DNA from: Candidatus Aenigmatarchaeota archaeon
GTDB lineage: Archaea; Aenigmatarchaeota; Aenigmatarchaeia; GW2011-AR5; JAGGXF01
Direction of reading: 5' to 3'
Assembly: GCA_029932645.1 (NCBI GenBank)
Contig: JAOZPR010000006.1
Location: 1-35,604, forward strand
DNA: 35,604 nt
Shown: positions 32,438 to 35,604 of the stretch, piece by piece
Numbering within the stretch: position 1 is the first letter of the stretch
Layout of the letters: every line of letters starts with the position of its first letter
Program-made: the position numbers and the translations under genes
Notes under the pieces: model-generated
What the model saw: the letters and a program-made list of their open reading frames with translations, nothing else
Told to the model about the DNA's origin: nothing
Databases searched by the model: none

Positions 32438-32521
32438 ATTTCGCAACCCATCTTTGTAATAGCGAAGCCTAAGTTTCTTTTGGGTGAACTTAAGCCTTTT
32501 CTTTACAAAGAAAAGGGTTAG
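32438..32521 (-). other. tRNA-Arg intron 2 (non-canonical 59/60 position in the T-loop, 84 nt) with a strict hBHBh' motif
   Basis: GCGGG / TTCG / [AAC] / TAACCC ... GGGTTG / CGAA / [ATT] / CCCGC. Splicing after the second nucleotide of each bulge restores the T-loop TTCGAAT. Confidence 0.8.
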
Positions 32522-32543
32522 TTCGAACCCGCGACCCCTTGCT

Positions 32544-32630
32544 CTCTCCGAATGAAGTTTTGATCATATCTCTGCCGAAGCAGAAATCATCTCACCTCCA
32601 TATCGTCATAGTCTGGCTGATAGCAACCGT
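32544..32630 (-). other. tRNA-Arg intron 1 (canonical 37/38 position, 87 nt)
   Basis: A 4-bp central helix CTCC(32-35)/GGAG is flanked by 3-nt bulges TAA and AGA. The internal hairpin is TCTGC-TTCG-GCAGA. Confidence 0.75.
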
Positions 32631-32693
32631 TAGGAGGCAAGTGCTCTATCCAAACTGAGCTACGGGGGCATCAATTAAAAATAATAACTATAA

Positions 32694-32701
32694 TATTTAA
32701 A
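32694..32701 (-). promoter_or_regulatory. TATA box TTTAAATA at -32 to -25 of the tRNA-Arg 5' end
   Basis: It is the reverse complement of tatttaaa at 32694-32701. Spacing is typical of archaeal promoters. Confidence 0.55.
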
Positions 32702-32847
32702 GAATGTTTTGACTGCCAACGGACTAACTAATGTTGCTATAATAACAAGTAAGTATAAAGAATTGGCTTTCAGCCGCGCGATTCTGCTCCTCGCATAGAC
32801 CACCCAACCACACTTCTTACTGTCTTCTCTGTGTCGCCAGTAACCGG

Positions 32848-34689
32848 CTATATAAACACATTTATCTTTTTGGCTGTCAAGCCCCTCAGCAATTGTTTAC
32901 CTAGGTCGCTCGTTTTCTTCACACGGACTTGGCCTATCCGGCCAATGGTCGCTGAAAACAAATATTCCTTTTCTATGTAAAAGTTTGCCTGTTTTTTCTG
33001 AAACTTTTTGTCGAACGAGAATACAAGATATGCGCCAGTCTCTTCCCATGTATATTTTATTGACTGCCTGAGCGTTGCTACCTTTGGCGCAACCTCTATA
33101 GACAAACCAAGTTTTTGTTCCAATGCTTGCACGGTCTGCCCGCCTTTTCCGATGATTTTTGGTATTTGTTTATTTTCTACCTTTACCATTATCTTTCTCG
33201 CTGATAGGAATTCTACTTCGGCGTCTTTGTCAAACTTCTTGATTTCGTTCATTATCTGCTGCTTTGCGAGCTTGTGCAGGGCGTGCTCTTCCTTTTTTGT
33301 TATAGGCACTATTATGTTTTCCTCGCCATATGTGTAAATTTCATAAAGCAGGTTGTTTGTTTCAAAGTCCCTGACCTCAACAACTGGTCTTGCTAAATCT
33401 TCGTCTTTCATGCCTGTTGGTGTTCGCACGGTCATCGCCAGCGAATAGACTTTCTTTATGGCACCGTCTTTTATGTATATTATAGTGTCAATAACATGCG
33501 GTAGCATTCCAAGCTCTATACGGCCCATGAAACGCTGTATCGCGTCTATCGGCTCTGTGGCATGAACAACACCTATCATACCTATGCCTGCCAAGCGCAG
33601 GTCAGCAAATATTCTGAAATCATTTGTTTTTCTCACCTCGTCGAACACTGTGTAATCCGGTCGTACGAGAAGAAGAATGTCTGCTGTCTTCTCAAAACTG
33701 CCGCGCAAAGCCGTGTATTGTGTTATCTCTGGTTTGACTTGCAAATCTCGCGGCGATTCCATTGTTTTCACTATTTTTCCTTTTTCCTCATAAAACTCTG
33801 CAAGAGCAGCTGCGAACGTGGACTTGCCAGAACCTGGCGGTCCTGCTATCAGAACACCGTCCGCTTTCTCAGCCAGCCGCTGCTTTAGTTTTTCAGCAAG
33901 CTTGTAGTCGTCTAGCATTGCCTTAACGATTGGTCTGACGACCGTGACTTCAACCCCGTCTGAGAATGGTGGCCTTGCTATCGAGATTCTCATGTTCTTG
34001 AGTTGCACAACTGTGGCAGAATGCCCGCCTATCTCTATGAAGGAGTCTTCCTCATATCGTGTCGCATCCATTATCTCTTTTATTATGGCATCAATTCTTT
34101 CTCTTGTAAGCGGCTTTTCGCTTATCTTGACGAGTTTGAATGCTCCTGGCTTGCCGCGCTTCGCCATCATGGGAGCGCCTTCTTTCATATGCAAACTCAT
34201 GGTATCTGGCGTCAAGAGCTTGCTGAGTTCTATGACCTTTTCTTTTTCATATGGCTCGAAATATCTTGTTTCTATGCCTTCTGCTTCTGCTGCCATCTTC
34301 TGCACGAAATCCGATGTGTACAAAACAGCGTTGTTGTGCCTGGCGACGTCAATAATCAGCGCATCTATTCTTCCATATTTTGCAAGTTGTATCTCTTCAT
34401 ATGTTTGCCTTCTGCCCATGTGGTCTATCTTGACCTTATGTGCCTTTTCGTATTCATGTAAATTCTTGATTTCTTCCAGGCCCTTGAAACCGATTTCCCT
34501 GCCGCGGGATGCCTGGGCCTGCAATTCTTCCATAACGAATTTCGGGATTATTATCTTTCTGTCTTTTATTTTTCCTTTTTCAATCATATCGGATAAAATT
34601 CCATTTATAATAACACTCGTGTCTGGAACAATCGGCTTGTTTTCTTTTGTCTTTTTCTTCTTGGTCTTTTTCTTTTCAACTTCTTTCAT
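32848..34689 (-). CDS. PIN-domain / PilT-like P-loop ATPase / KH-domain protein (COG1855 type, PINA-like)
   Basis: N-terminal PIN (IVPDTSVIINGIL), Walker A IAGPPGSGKST, and C-terminal KH GxxG (IIGKGGQTVQALEQKLG). A GGTGAT SD lies 5 nt upstream. Length 613 aa. Confidence 0.82.
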   Translation of the reverse strand: MKEVEKKKTKKKKTKENKPIVPDTSVIINGILSDMIEKGKIKDRKIIIPKFVMEELQAQASRGREIGFKGLEEIKNLHEYEKAHKVKIDHMGRRQTYEEIQLAKYGRIDALIIDVARHNNAVLYTSDFVQKMAAEAEGIETRYFEPYEKEKVIELSKLLTPDTMSLHMKEGAPMMAKRGKPGAFKLVKISEKPLTRERIDAIIKEIMDATRYEEDSFIEIGGHSATVVQLKNMRISIARPPFSDGVEVTVVRPIVKAMLDDYKLAEKLKQRLAEKADGVLIAGPPGSGKSTFAAALAEFYEEKGKIVKTMESPRDLQVKPEITQYTALRGSFEKTADILLLVRPDYTVFDEVRKTNDFRIFADLRLAGIGMIGVVHATEPIDAIQRFMGRIELGMLPHVIDTIIYIKDGAIKKVYSLAMTVRTPTGMKDEDLARPVVEVRDFETNNLLYEIYTYGEENIIVPITKKEEHALHKLAKQQIMNEIKKFDKDAEVEFLSARKIMVKVENKQIPKIIGKGGQTVQALEQKLGLSIEVAPKVATLRQSIKYTWEETGAYLVFSFDKKFQKKQANFYIEKEYLFSATIGRIGQVRVKKTSDLGKQLLRGLTAKKINVFI

Positions 34690-34844
34690 GTAAAATCACC
34701 TTTTTATTATATATCATTTATAATAAATATATCTATGACTATTTTCTGTAATATATCTTATAATAAACTAAACAAAAATAAAGTAAATAACTACAGAATA
34801 CGCTTAACCAAATATGCATAGATAGAAATGTATTTAAATGTGTT

Positions 34845-35432
34845 TTATTGCTGTGCAACCTTGAACATCTTTCCATGACCAGGAATTATGTAGTCCGCGG
34901 TTTCTAGCAGTTTTTTCCTGCTTTTTCTCAGTGCTTCCGGGTCCTTGACAAACGGATCTTTGTGCGCCATCAGGCTGTCATAATCCGTCTTTTGCTCTTC
35001 GTCGTCTGACCACCAGAAAACATCACCAGCGATTGCTATTTTTCCTTTATCGGTCTCTGCGAGCAAGGAAGCATGTTCATGCGCATGCCCTGGTGTTTCT
35101 ATAATCATTATGTTTGTGTCCGGTATTTTGCCAGAAAAAGATATTTCTTTATCGCCCCTGTAGATTGTATCACCATCAAGAATATCCTTGTCTGGAAACA
35201 ATCTGATGTTTAGTATGTGATCAGGATGATAGTGTGTTATAAAAATTAAGTCTATGTCTTCTGGCAGCAATCCCTCGTCAGAAAGAGCATTCAGCAGCAA
35301 CTCTTTGTTTGCTCCTGGATCGACAAGAATGTTCAGCCCGCTGTCTTTTATGAGAACAACCGAAGGAGAAGCTATCTCCGTGCCATTTTCTTCCCTTGCG
35401 TAGCCCTCAACCAAAATCTTAACTTCGCTCAT
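34845..35432 (-). CDS. Metallo-beta-lactamase-fold hydrolase
   Basis: ITHYHPDHI (HxHxDH), TPGHAHEH, and a C-terminal PGHG. Length 195 aa. Confidence 0.85.
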   Translation of the reverse strand: MSEVKILVEGYAREENGTEIASPSVVLIKDSGLNILVDPGANKELLLNALSDEGLLPEDIDLIFITHYHPDHILNIRLFPDKDILDGDTIYRGDKEISFSGKIPDTNIMIIETPGHAHEHASLLAETDKGKIAIAGDVFWWSDDEEQKTDYDSLMAHKDPFVKDPEALRKSRKKLLETADYIIPGHGKMFKVAQQ

Positions 35433-35604
35433 AACTATTGATTATCATATAAGATTTAATTCTTTCGTTTCCCACAATTCGTCCATCGTCGTTTTACTGT
35501 TCGTTAGTAGGTCCGCTTATATTCTTTTCTTTACTGCGTTTGCTATTTTTTGTTATCTATCATGATACATAAGGGTTGGGTCTTGTATGTTCGTGTTCAG
35601 AAAA

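Larger units (their letters stand above)
32424..32669 (-). tRNA. tRNA-Arg (anticodon CCT) with two introns: 87 nt at 37/38 and 84 nt at 59/60. The mature length is 75 nt, and CCA is not encoded.
   Basis: Hand-folded on the minus strand: GCCCCCG TA GCTC AGTTTGGATA GAGC A CTTGC CTCCTA [intron] A GCAAG GGGTC GCGGG TTCGAA [intron] T CCCGC CGGGGGT G. All stems are Watson-Crick except G1-U72. T8, A14, G18G19, A21, T33, C48, G53-C61 and TTCGAAT are present. Confidence 0.85.

Noticed and set aside
32363-32446. The TTG-initiated N-terminal extension (MRNSRRGCFRLLQKN...) of the 434-aa ORF.
   Set aside because: It overlaps the 3' exon of tRNA-Arg (32424-32437) and is basic and non-signal-like. The internal ATG at 32362 has a GGAG SD and is followed directly by a signal peptide.
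32544-32630. A box C/D sRNA encoded in tRNA intron 1, as in the haloarchaeal tRNA-Trp intron.
   Set aside because: Only one-mismatch box C look-alikes are present, and there is no CTGA box D anywhere in the intron. I kept it only as a weak K-turn note.
25717-32669. The surface-protein cluster as a tRNA-integrated mobile island.
   Set aside because: It lies immediately downstream of a tRNA gene. However, I see no integrase, no second copy of the tRNA 3' end (CCCGCCGGGGG) in the window, and no evident composition shift.

Overview
Gene-dense, low-GC chromosomal segment of an archaeon. The evidence is eS1 and uS15 ribosomal proteins, Bud32, geranylgeranyl reductase, a tRNA with bulge-helix-bulge introns, and form-III-type RuBisCO next to AMP phosphorylase. 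TATA boxes lie about 23-32 nt upstream of several ATGs, and GGTGAT/GGAGG Shine-Dalgarno motifs precede internal genes. The compact gene set suggests a small-genome, DPANN-like lineage, but that is inference only. Gene order: (1) a glycogen/alpha-glucan locus with a glycogen-synthase-like GT, GH57, debranching enzyme, PGM/PMM and a GalT-type transferase; (2) two small coiled-coil ORFs; (3) AMP phosphorylase plus RuBisCO; (4) an ABC-2 exporter, eS1 and uS15; (5) Bud32, then ferredoxin plus geranylgeranyl reductase; (6) smc-scpA-scpB followed by an NFACT/Rqc2 homolog; (7) a stand-alone ThiI PP-loop domain, a coiled-coil ORF, a RecA/KaiC-fold protein with a degenerate P-loop, and a free-standing ThrRS-type editing domain behind iscS-iscU, with a divergent Cys-rich HTH regulator; (8) a five-gene minus-strand envelope cluster; (9) a doubly interrupted tRNA-Arg(CCT); (10) a PIN-ATPase-KH protein and an MBL-fold hydrolase. 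No CRISPR array, transposase, integrase or rRNA was seen. The best candidate for an undescribed system is the envelope cluster (25717-32362). It is a tandem duplication of a two-gene module: an unanchored, very sequon-dense secreted protein paired with a protein built as signal peptide, beta-sandwich, helical segment and C-terminal TM anchor. This resembles the SlaA/SlaB S-layer logic, but I recognise no sequence similarity to it. Other notable items are the tRNA-Arg with 87-nt and 84-nt introns (the second has a textbook hBHBh' motif in the T-loop), an SMC with roughly half-length coiled-coil arms, and mirrored leaderless-type promoters.
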